Position numbers and translations under genes: made by a program. From NCBI GenBank assembly GCA_045589515.1, contig JAZNPH010000045.1:5560-69559 (forward strand): 64,000 nt of DNA, in the 5' to 3' direction. The notes below the pieces were generated by a model that saw nothing but the letters and a program-made list of their open reading frames with translations, was not told where the DNA came from and did no database searches. This DNA is from Eubacteriales bacterium. Lineage in GTDB: Bacteria; Bacillota; Clostridia; Oscillospirales; CAG-382. Shown here piece after piece: positions 28,874 through 37,231 of this stretch (its first letter is position 1; each line of letters begins with the position of its first letter).

Positions 28874-30124
28874 TTAAATACTTTGCTTCTTACGGTACAA
28901 GAACAAAAGGCGCACCAACAAAGCAACAAGACAAATACCGCCTACAACAGCGATGCAAAGAATGATTCCCGTCCAGTTCCTTTCTTCGGGCTGAAACGGT
29001 GTAATGACCACGTCATTAATCGATTGAGAAGAGGAGGAGTCGATTACATCAGAGGAAGTAACAGAAACCGCTTCTTCGGAAGAGTCGGAAGACACGTTGC
29101 TTTCTTCATACTCGGACACTTCATCAGATTCCTCGATACTCTGTTCGTCGGAAGTGTTATCTATCGAAGAATCATCGGAGAAATCGGGTTCCTCCTCCGA
29201 TGAATCATCCGGCACGGAAAGCTCCTCTTCAGAAGAATCTTCCGGTAAAGACGGCTCTTCCTCGGAAGAATCATCAGAAGTCAAAGACTCATCCCCGGAA
29301 ACAATCTGAGAAATCTCCGGCGGACGCTCGCGGAACAACACGATGGTGTACTCCATTTCCGTACCGTCCTCAGCAGAAACCTTAACAGTAATGGGATTTG
29401 TACCTTCGGCCAAATCCCCTTCCGCCTCAACAATTACCGTTGCTGACGAATCATTTGGAACAGCTTGTATACGGTAGCGGGTATACTCATTGGGGACGGT
29501 TGCGCTATAAAAATCCACCTTGCTTGAAAACGCAGGATTTAACGTGGGGATAAAGCCTCGCTCATCCTCCTGCGCCTCAAAAACCGTGATGTTCAGGGAC
29601 TTTAAAGTAGCATCCGAGGATTTTTTATCAACAAATTTGACGGTAAAAGATGCGTCGTTAACGTCTTCGGTATGGGAGCCGTTCAAAATTTTACCGGAGG
29701 TGAAACGTACGGTGGTGCTACTCCCCAGCTTAGCTGTATCGTATACAAGAAACGTAAGATTCACCATTTTGGTAACAGTTCTTTCGTGGGTCAAAATGAC
29801 AGTTCCTGTATCAGCAAAGAAATGAAACTCTTTTTGATATTTGCCGTTGACAGGCTTCACGCCGGTCAGCTTCAAAACAGAATCATCGTACTCCAATACA
29901 CCCTGATAGCCGTATGCGCCAGAATCCAGCAACAATCTTACGGTAAAAGTATCTCCGGGACAAACTTCCTTTTCGGCAGAAAGCCTCGCTGTATAGCACA
30001 CGCCCACCAATTGGAGCGCAGAAACGCAAGGAATCAAAAGCATAACGGTCAGAAGAAGAGAAGCTACGCGTCTCTTCAAAGGCGTTTGGGTTTTATTTTT
30101 GGTATGATTACGATTCAAAATCAA
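28874..30124 (-). CDS. membrane-anchored surface protein: signal peptide, one cohesin-like domain, cadherin-like beta-sandwich domain, acidic Ser/Asp/Glu stalk, C-terminal TM anchor
   Basis: Cohesin-like pattern GDTFTVRLLLDSGAYGYQGVLEYDDSVLKLTGVKP...TVRFTSGKILNG. Cadherin-like pattern SSDATLKSLNITV...YTIVLFRE. DSSEEE repeats are followed by GIILCIAVVGGICLVALLVRLLFLYRKK. Confidence 0.7.
   Translation of the reverse strand: MILNRNHTKNKTQTPLKRRVASLLLTVMLLIPCVSALQLVGVCYTARLSAEKEVCPGDTFTVRLLLDSGAYGYQGVLEYDDSVLKLTGVKPVNGKYQKEFHFFADTGTVILTHERTVTKMVNLTFLVYDTAKLGSSTTVRFTSGKILNGSHTEDVNDASFTVKFVDKKSSDATLKSLNITVFEAQEDERGFIPTLNPAFSSKVDFYSATVPNEYTRYRIQAVPNDSSATVIVEAEGDLAEGTNPITVKVSAEDGTEMEYTIVLFRERPPEISQIVSGDESLTSDDSSEEEPSLPEDSSEEELSVPDDSSEEEPDFSDDSSIDNTSDEQSIEESDEVSEYEESNVSSDSSEEAVSVTSSDVIDSSSSQSINDVVITPFQPEERNWTGIILCIAVVGGICLVALLVRLLFLYRKKQSI
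29165..29285 (-). repeat. in-frame roughly 30-nt tandem repeats encoding (P/S)xDSSEEE(P/L)x
   Basis: Protein: TSDDSSEEEPSL PEDSSEEELSV PDDSSEEEPDF SDDSS. The + strand shows repeated ...cctcggaagaatcatc... units. Confidence 0.6.
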
Positions 30125-32057
30125 GCACTTCCTCTATAGGTTGTCCAACTTTATCTGCATGAATACGTAAATGACACGTCTCAGAATGTTGGAAATTCCC
30201 GCTCTTAAATGTAATGATAAGGCCTTCCATACGGAAGCACTTAGCACCGGTTTCGCTGGTCACAACCGGCAAGACATACGCGCCGCCAACGGAATCGATC
30301 CCCCGCAAAGAAATACCGGATACTTTTTGGAGATAGGGCATCAAGTTTTCAACAGTAACGTAGGGGCTTCCCATTCGTTGCGAATATGCGCTCAACACAA
30401 ACTGATGCAACGCTTTTGTATCCTCGGGAATGCGATCGCCGAATTCAGCTCGGAAGCTGCGGATCAGTCCGTTTTTCAGATTTGATTTTGCTTCCTCGAT
30501 AGCTGCTTTGCATGCCAAAGCATGGTCTTCTTTCACGGGAAGACTCTTTCGTTTAGCGACACGCTTCCATTGGACAATCAACCAAAGGAGCAATACCAAA
30601 ACGACACCGGCAATGACACCAATCACGATCAAGGTTTTACGATTGATAGTGAACAAAACAAATCCGCCAGAGTTTTCATCGGAGGAATCATCTCCTTCAG
30701 AGCTTTCCTCAGGCGAAGCCTCAGAAGAAGAGTCACCAACAAAACCGGGAATGTCCTCTGACTCCTCACTTTCTTCGCGAGAAGAATCCTCTTCGGAAAC
30801 GTCGGACTCTTCCTCGGAAACACCAGGTTCGGAGGATGTATCTTCGGAAGACTCCTGAGAAACCTCGGGCACTTCTTCACGCAAAAGGTTAATCGTATAC
30901 GTCTTCTCCGTCCCATCTTCGGCACGAACCTTGATGGCGATGATGTTCATCCCCTCATTGAGGCTACCTTCGGTCGCGGAAAGAACTTTTGCAGCAGAAT
31001 CACTGCAAACAGCATCGATCTTAAACGAAGAACACTCGTTGGAAACGGATCCGTTATACGACATAGTGTCGCTTGAAAAGGAGGGCTCCAACGTAAGGGT
31101 TGAACCGTCTCTGTCGTTATCTCCGCTGAATACTTTTACAGATAGGGATTTTAAAGTAGCATCAGCAGACTTCTTTTTTGTAATCTTCACAGTGGCGGAA
31201 GCATCGTTAACAGCAGTTGCTCTTGAGCCGTTTAACGCTTCACCGGAAGTAAAGCTGATCTTGGTATTGCCGACCTTCGCAGAATCCTTTACGGCAAAGG
31301 TAACCTTCAGCATTTTTGTTACACGAGTCGTATGGGTCACAACCGCCAAGCCGGTATCGCTATCGTAATCGGAGTTCTCTTTCAAATCGCCGTTTACAGG
31401 AGCGATCTTGGTCAATTTCAAAACCGAAGAATCATAGGAAAGAACACCGCGGTAACCAAATGCACCGTTGTCTAACGCTAAGCGGAGCGTAAAGGATTGT
31501 CCCTGCTGAGCTTCCGAATCTCCGGTAAGCTTAGCTGTATAGCGAATATCAGGTTCCGCCAAAGAAATATTAAAGGATAGGTCATCCATATATTCGGAAT
31601 CAAAGCCGTTGATCACTTCCCAATCGGTAAAGTATATGGAAGTGGTGCTGCCCGACACGGCATCATCCAAAACGGTATAGGTGATCGTCGCCATCTTTTT
31701 TGATGCCGTAGTATAGTCAACGATCAGCAAACCGGAGCCTTCGTCATAAAAGAAATCCTCTTCCAATTTCTTATCACCAGATTCGACGTTGGCGATCTCT
31801 AAAACAGAAGAATCATATTCTAAATAACCCATGCAACCTTCTGCAGCTTCATCCAGAGTCAAATTGATTGTAAAAGAGCTGCCAATGTATGCCTTGGTAT
31901 CGCCGGTAAGCTGCCCGGTGTAGCAAAGGCCCACCAAAGAGGTGGCACATACAACCGGGACGAGGAGAGCCAGAGACAAAAGGACGGCGAAGACTCTCTT
32001 TTGCAAGAAAGAGTTGATTCTATTTTTCACGGAATACGTATTCAAGGTTTCACACAT
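30108..32057 (-). CDS. bitopic membrane protein: signal peptide, two cohesin-like domains, cadherin-like domain, acidic stalk, TM helix, 152-aa cytoplasmic domain of unknown family
   Basis: Two copies of the ...(F/Y)G(C/Y)(M/R)G(Y/V)L(E/S)YDSSVL(E/K)... cohesin-like pattern, then SADATLKSLSVKV...YTINLLRE. TM helix LIVIGVIAGVVLVLLLWLIVQW is followed by KRVAKRK... through DFES. Paralogous to the downstream 416-aa gene, with a 17-nt overlap. Confidence 0.7.
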   Translation of the reverse strand: MCETLNTYSVKNRINSFLQKRVFAVLLSLALLVPVVCATSLVGLCYTGQLTGDTKAYIGSSFTINLTLDEAAEGCMGYLEYDSSVLEIANVESGDKKLEEDFFYDEGSGLLIVDYTTASKKMATITYTVLDDAVSGSTTSIYFTDWEVINGFDSEYMDDLSFNISLAEPDIRYTAKLTGDSEAQQGQSFTLRLALDNGAFGYRGVLSYDSSVLKLTKIAPVNGDLKENSDYDSDTGLAVVTHTTRVTKMLKVTFAVKDSAKVGNTKISFTSGEALNGSRATAVNDASATVKITKKKSADATLKSLSVKVFSGDNDRDGSTLTLEPSFSSDTMSYNGSVSNECSSFKIDAVCSDSAAKVLSATEGSLNEGMNIIAIKVRAEDGTEKTYTINLLREEVPEVSQESSEDTSSEPGVSEEESDVSEEDSSREESEESEDIPGFVGDSSSEASPEESSEGDDSSDENSGGFVLFTINRKTLIVIGVIAGVVLVLLLWLIVQWKRVAKRKSLPVKEDHALACKAAIEEAKSNLKNGLIRSFRAEFGDRIPEDTKALHQFVLSAYSQRMGSPYVTVENLMPYLQKVSGISLRGIDSVGGAYVLPVVTSETGAKCFRMEGLIITFKSGNFQHSETCHLRIHADKVGQPIEEVLDFES

Positions 32058-32073
32058 CCTTTATTTTTAATGA

Positions 32074-32592
32074 TTACGGGGCCTTCTCAACCACCGCTAA
32101 TTTCACGCGGAAAAGCTTGGCAAACTCCCGGTCGCCTATGGAATAAGAGATGCTAAGAAGGTTGGTGTCGGGCACCATAGTGATTTCAAAGGCGGTAATT
32201 TTGCTTTGAAGAAGCTCTGAAGATGCTCCATCCTCCGCCTTGAAAATGGTTAACGTTCCATCAACTGACCAAACCAACGATTCCCCCGTGGGAACATCTT
32301 CAAAAAAGTCTTCCGCCGTTTTAGTCCGAGAATAAAAGGAAATTACCTTGGAGCCGTTCTGTTGGTCGCGCTCATCAAGCAAAATGAAACAATCTTCATT
32401 TTCGAAAAGCAATTCTAACCGCTTATTCAGCAAATCGGCATCCTGTGCTGCAGAAGTACCGGTAACGATCATATTGTTAGAACGGATAGAGAACATCAGC
32501 AAAGTAAAAGCGGAAATGCCAACGATGGAAAGAATGGCGATAGCGCTGATCAACTCGATTAAGGTGACGCCTTTGTTAAGATTACGCTTCAT
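32074..32592 (-). CDS. type IV pilin-like protein (prepilin N-terminal cleavage/methylation domain)
   Basis: MKRNLNKG|VTLIELISAIAILSIVG: G-1, E+5 and a hydrophobic helix. Start at 32592 follows AGGAGG and forms an ATGA overlap with the upstream gene. Confidence 0.8.
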   Translation of the reverse strand: MKRNLNKGVTLIELISAIAILSIVGISAFTLLMFSIRSNNMIVTGTSAAQDADLLNKRLELLFENEDCFILLDERDQQNGSKVISFYSRTKTAEDFFEDVPTGESLVWSVDGTLTIFKAEDGASSELLQSKITAFEITMVPDTNLLSISYSIGDREFAKLFRVKLAVVEKAP

Positions 32593-33023
32593 TGGGACAC
32601 CTCCTGCCAAACAGACGAATCCCAACTAAAATACTTAGAAGCATTCCCCTTAGAGATCGTAATGATATAGGTTTCCCCCTCCGGTTTCTCGACAGTTACA
32701 GAAACGCCGTCAAAAAGATAATCTTCAGGATATTCTCCATCCAAGCCGCTCGAGCAACTGTCAAAAAATGCAACAAGAAGATTCTTTCCATCAGTCTCAA
32801 GTAGTAAATTGTCAATAGAAGTGCCTTGGTTAAGAGCGTTGTGGATCAGATCAGCGCAGAGCTCTACCTCGGCAAGGTGCTGTTGATTTTCCTCTGCCTG
32901 AATAGCGTTTCCATAATGGTTGAAAGAAAGAAAAATCGTCCAAGCCAGCAAAATGCTTGCAATAGCAAGTACAGCAACAACTGTCACAAGGCCTGCGCCA
33001 CGGTTTGCATTTCGTTTAACCAT
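32589..33023 (-). CDS. atypical minor pilin-like protein (PilX/ComGG-like N-terminus without Glu5)
   Basis: MVKRNANRGAGLVTVVAVLAIASILLAW has a basic leader and a hydrophobic helix but no E+5. It sits between two canonical pilin genes with overlapping stops and starts. Confidence 0.5.
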   Translation of the reverse strand: MVKRNANRGAGLVTVVAVLAIASILLAWTIFLSFNHYGNAIQAEENQQHLAEVELCADLIHNALNQGTSIDNLLLETDGKNLLVAFFDSCSSGLDGEYPEDYLFDGVSVTVEKPEGETYIITISKGNASKYFSWDSSVWQEVSQ

Positions 33024-33486
33024 AAGACAACAACCCCTTTCTCTCGATTACAAGGTCGTCGCCGCTTACAACATAAGTCACCTTAATGTCAACGCGACAG
33101 TAAGGTTTCACTAAGTTCGTTAGGGTTAATTCAAAGTGGTAACGGTTGTAAGAAAATTCCAACTTGTCACCGCTAAATTCGCTGGGAAGCCCCAGTATAT
33201 CAAGAGGTTCGGAAGCATATTTGACGAACTCGGCCAAAAACGCTGCTTTCAACTTGCCGAGATACTCAGCTTCATTCTTCGGATCGGCATCCTCATCCAT
33301 CTTAACCTGCATCTCTTCCAACAACATCATCACGTCATCTGCGGCGTCATTCATGGCAGACAAATGATAGGCCTTTGCATCTGTTTTTGCGGCCAATGCA
33401 AAAGAGGAAACGATCGGAAGAGAAATAATTCCCAAGATCGCTACAGCGACCAGAAGCTCTACAAAGCTAAAGCCTTTATTTTTCAT
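33016..33486 (-). CDS. type IV pilin (candidate major subunit of this locus)
   Basis: MKNKG|FSFVELLVAVAILGIISLPIV is a canonical class III signal with G-1/F+1/E+5. It is the first pilin gene after pilO. Confidence 0.8.
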   Translation of the reverse strand: MKNKGFSFVELLVAVAILGIISLPIVSSFALAAKTDAKAYHLSAMNDAADDVMMLLEEMQVKMDEDADPKNEAEYLGKLKAAFLAEFVKYASEPLDILGLPSEFSGDKLEFSYNRYHFELTLTNLVKPYCRVDIKVTYVVSGDDLVIERKGLLSYG

Positions 33487-33523
33487 ACCGAACGTCTCCT
33501 TTCTTTTGAATGTTTAATCGGAT

Positions 33524-34153
33524 TTATCCGAGAATGTTATCTGTTCCCACTTGGATACCGGGGATCTCGGGAGCCTCGTACTCATCCAGACCGGTAACGT
33601 AGTAACGGCGCAGAATCATAGTACCGGCAACAGTATCGGTTTGAGCATCGTAAGCGATTGTCAAGGAAACCAAAGACATGGGATTGTCTTCGTTCTCCAC
33701 CAAGTAGGTGATCAGCTCCTTGAATTCCTTGTATGGCAGGGAATAGCTGAAGGGGAAGGTCTTTTCATTCAAAACCAGCGAGCCGGTAGAGAATAATTTG
33801 GAATCTGCGCCAAATACGATCTGGGTCTGGGTTTGTTTGGTAATGCGTTCCAGATCGCGAATGAACAGGATCTGATCCTCTTCTAAAATCGCACCGGGCA
33901 TATCAACGGATTCCAGCAACGCCTGGGTTTGAAGTTTTACCTTAACAGCCTCTTCGGCGTAGTAAGACTCCTGAGAAAGATTGCCCTTGGCGGTAGCAAT
34001 CTTCAATTCCAGCAGGTCGATATTCTTTTCTGCATTTTCCTTTTCGGTTACGGCAGTGAGATAAAGATTATTGTAGCAATAGTACAAGCCGACAACGCCC
34101 ACAATCAAAAGGAGCAGGGCAACCATCCATTTTCTGATATAAACTTTTTTCAT
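33524..34153 (-). CDS. pilO: PilO-like type IV pilus alignment protein
   Basis: Short basic N-terminus, one TM helix (WMVALLLLIVGVVGLYY), a coiled-coil segment, then an approximately 120-aa globular part. Position directly after pilMN. Call rests on topology and synteny. Confidence 0.6.
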   Translation of the reverse strand: MKKVYIRKWMVALLLLIVGVVGLYYCYNNLYLTAVTEKENAEKNIDLLELKIATAKGNLSQESYYAEEAVKVKLQTQALLESVDMPGAILEEDQILFIRDLERITKQTQTQIVFGADSKLFSTGSLVLNEKTFPFSYSLPYKEFKELITYLVENEDNPMSLVSLTIAYDAQTDTVAGTMILRRYYVTGLDEYEAPEIPGIQVGTDNILG

Positions 34154-34171
34154 TGATCAATTGCCCTCCTT

Positions 34172-36427
34172 TCAAGATTGCGACGATTCGTCGGAGGTTT
34201 CCCCGGAGATCTCGTCAGAAACGTCCGGAAGCTCTTCAAATTCACCGGTATACTGCAATGCTACAGAGAAGGAAAGAATCTCGGTATTCACAATCTGCTG
34301 AGGTAATTTAATACCGCTTCCCTCTTCCGAATACTCGGTACGGACATGCTTAATGAAAATATTATCCCAAGTGTAGCCGAAGGATCCCATTTTATCGAGG
34401 TATCCGTTGTAATCCTCTTCGGTGATATCGAAATCAGACAAGGGGAAGACATTGTTGTTGACGTAGGTAAAGCTGTCAAGCACAGAAAGATCTTCCGTCT
34501 GGTTCGTATTCAAATATTTCACCATGGCATCCATAAGCTCATCTGCACGCTGTACCAAAGGATTATCGGCATACATAGGCTTCATAAGCTCAATCATGGA
34601 AAGAACGGTTTCGTCAACGGTATACTCCAAATACGTATGAGGAATATAGTTGGAGTACACATCAGCGGGTGAAAGCACACCGCTTTGCAGCATCGGAATC
34701 AACGCATCCAGCTGTGCCTGCGTATAGTCCTCATACTTGGAGGCAAGGTTCTCGCGAGACAAGTGCCCTTCGGAATCCAGCAAAGCATCGATATTATACC
34801 CGGTCACTTGAGAATCCTGGGTAATGGAGATCGCAGAAGGCGTTCCCATGGTGACAGAAGCGCAGTTGCGGAGCGTTTGGATCACATACGCAGCTTCCTC
34901 TCTGGTGCTGACGCGAATGTTCATGACTACGCCCTTGTCACTGACAGAAATACCGAACACGCGGAACTGAGAGGGCATTTTACGCTCTAACTCTTCAATG
35001 AACTGAACGAAATGATCGTTGTAAGTCTCCATATAATCGTCGATAGAGCCGATGCCCTTTTGGAGAGACTCATACAAGCTGACAGCATTTTGGTATGCGT
35101 TCTTCTCTTTGGTGGTATCGCCAAGAGCAATCAACTCAGCATTCAGCATGGATTCATGAGAGACGACAAGATCTCTATCCGCATCCGACATATATACCAA
35201 AGCACCGGAAATGGCACCGCAGATCAAGAAGCAAACGATACCAATGGCAAGGAGCGTATTCTGCACAGAACGATCATTGAAGACATCAAGCGCAGAAACA
35301 GTATTCGACTTCTGTCGGTTTGCCAAGTTAATAGGATGAATGCAGGCGCCGATAGGCGCTGCAAACTCAGCAAAGGAAAACGCAAAGGAATCACCGGCAT
35401 TGGCATATTTTTTTTCAAGCTCGCTCTCCAACGGAACCACAGGGAGATCCAGCTCGTGAGCCAATAGATCATTAAAGCCACCGTACAACAGGGAGCCGCC
35501 TACCAAATAGACCTCGATAGAACTGGTGGACGTAACAGAGAGATAATACTCTACGCTACGGCGAATAGAAACGATCAAAGAACGTAGTGCTCTGGTGCAG
35601 CGAGCCTTGTCGCCGGCATAAGCAGGATCATCCCCTCGCTCCAAGGCGGTATAGCACAGGTCGTCATCGCGATCACGCAGAAGCCGATCATAAGAAATCG
35701 GTTCATTTTCGTCGATAAGATCGGGAAGTAATTGAGCCATTAAGGCACTGGAGCCCACCGACAGCATTCTTTGGAGGCAGATGGTTCCGCCTTTCACAAA
35801 CGTCAACACGGCATGCTCAGAATAAACGGAAACGAGCAACTGCGTTTTTTCGGTATTGATTGTCTCCTTAACCAGATCTCTCGCGGAAACCTTCACAGCC
35901 TGGAAAACACCGTTGCCACCAAAGTCAATGGCCACAATATCCAATCCGACGTAGTTTGCAAATTGGTAATATGAACGAATGATATCTCTGGGAACGGCGC
36001 ACACCAAAAGCTTATGCATACGCTTGCCGTCCTCATCAACTTTTCCCAAACTGTTATAAATCAACTTGTAGTCGGAAATGTTAACAGGAAAATAGTCGGA
36101 GGCGTTTTGATACAGCAAAGTCTCGATCTTGGATTCCTTTACCAAAGGAATCGTAATCTCGCGGTTGATGATACGGGAGGAAGAGATCGAGAATGCAGCA
36201 CGGTCAGCAGAAACACCTACACGAGCAAGCGTTTCCTTGAAGGACTGACGGAATTTCTCGCTTTCCTGCACCAATCCATCTTCCGAAATAAGGTTCAAAG
36301 GGGTGGGTACCGTAAACGCATGGTAAATCTTAGGAGCTTTGGATTTAAAATCCATCTCCACCACACGAGTCACACCATTATCCAATTCAATGCCGAGTAC
36401 CTTCGGCGCACCAATTGTAATATTCAT
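34172..36427 (-). CDS. pilM: PilM-PilN fusion protein with a long extra C-terminal extracytoplasmic extension
   Basis: Residues 1-365 are actin-like PilM (VLGIELDNGVTRVVEM..., DIVAIDFGG, VYLVGGS). TM at 391-413 (LLAIGIVCFLICGAISGALVYM), PilN-like region to about 535, then 216 further residues ending in an acidic tail. Confidence 0.78.
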   Translation of the reverse strand: MNITIGAPKVLGIELDNGVTRVVEMDFKSKAPKIYHAFTVPTPLNLISEDGLVQESEKFRQSFKETLARVGVSADRAAFSISSSRIINREITIPLVKESKIETLLYQNASDYFPVNISDYKLIYNSLGKVDEDGKRMHKLLVCAVPRDIIRSYYQFANYVGLDIVAIDFGGNGVFQAVKVSARDLVKETINTEKTQLLVSVYSEHAVLTFVKGGTICLQRMLSVGSSALMAQLLPDLIDENEPISYDRLLRDRDDDLCYTALERGDDPAYAGDKARCTRALRSLIVSIRRSVEYYLSVTSTSSIEVYLVGGSLLYGGFNDLLAHELDLPVVPLESELEKKYANAGDSFAFSFAEFAAPIGACIHPINLANRQKSNTVSALDVFNDRSVQNTLLAIGIVCFLICGAISGALVYMSDADRDLVVSHESMLNAELIALGDTTKEKNAYQNAVSLYESLQKGIGSIDDYMETYNDHFVQFIEELERKMPSQFRVFGISVSDKGVVMNIRVSTREEAAYVIQTLRNCASVTMGTPSAISITQDSQVTGYNIDALLDSEGHLSRENLASKYEDYTQAQLDALIPMLQSGVLSPADVYSNYIPHTYLEYTVDETVLSMIELMKPMYADNPLVQRADELMDAMVKYLNTNQTEDLSVLDSFTYVNNNVFPLSDFDITEEDYNGYLDKMGSFGYTWDNIFIKHVRTEYSEEGSGIKLPQQIVNTEILSFSVALQYTGEFEELPDVSDEISGETSDESSQS

Positions 36428-36449
36428 TTTCGCTCACTTTCTGAATCTT

Positions 36450-37223
36450 TTATACGAGAAGTGAAATATACCATTCCACAAATGGATCACACAGGAACAA
36501 GGAAAGAAGGACACCTAAAGAAAGATAGGGACCCATGGCAAGAACGTGGTCTGCATTTGAGCGCTTCATCCGCACAGAATGTATCAATGAGCCAAGAATA
36601 CATCCTGCAAGAAATGCGAAGCATATCTTTTGCCAGCCTATCAAAAGGCCGCAGGCAGCCATAAGCTTGACATCTCCCCCGCCGATCGCTCTTCCTTTGG
36701 AAACCAAAAAGATCAAGAGCAAGGGAAGGCTGATGCAAAGAAGACCGATCAAAGAATCAAGCCAAGAAGACAAGTCTGTCAGCAGACGAACAACGCCAAG
36801 ACATCCGATGAAGATGTTGAAGCCCACAGGAATCTCATACGTACGAAAATCAATCACGCTCAAGGCTAACAGGGCAGAACACATGAGCGCCAACAACAAC
36901 GCATGAAGCAGAGGAATCATCTCTGCACCATCCGCGGGTAAATACCATGCAAAAACGAAAAACCAACAGACTGCATTCGCGCCTTCTACCAAAGGATATT
37001 GAGGTGAGAGACGCGCTTTGCAGTAGCGGCACTTCCCTCCCAGAGACAACCAGCTTACCACAGGAAATAAGTCGTACCAAGCTAAGCGATGTCCACAGGA
37101 CATACAGTGAGAAGGCGTTTTAACAAACTCTTCTTTTTTCGGAATGCGGAAAATCAGCACGTTCAGAAAACTACCGATCAATGCTCCGAACACAGCCGCA
37201 ATAGCGGCAATCAAATATCTCAT
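36450..37223 (-). CDS. pilD: prepilin peptidase/N-methyltransferase (A24 family)
   Basis: FLNVLIFRIP, zinc motif CMSCGH...CRYCK, active-site context GGGDVKLMAACG. Confidence 0.92.
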   Translation of the reverse strand: MRYLIAAIAAVFGALIGSFLNVLIFRIPKKEEFVKTPSHCMSCGHRLAWYDLFPVVSWLSLGGKCRYCKARLSPQYPLVEGANAVCWFFVFAWYLPADGAEMIPLLHALLLALMCSALLALSVIDFRTYEIPVGFNIFIGCLGVVRLLTDLSSWLDSLIGLLCISLPLLLIFLVSKGRAIGGGDVKLMAACGLLIGWQKICFAFLAGCILGSLIHSVRMKRSNADHVLAMGPYLSLGVLLSLFLCDPFVEWYISLLV

Positions 37224-37231
37224 ACACTACC

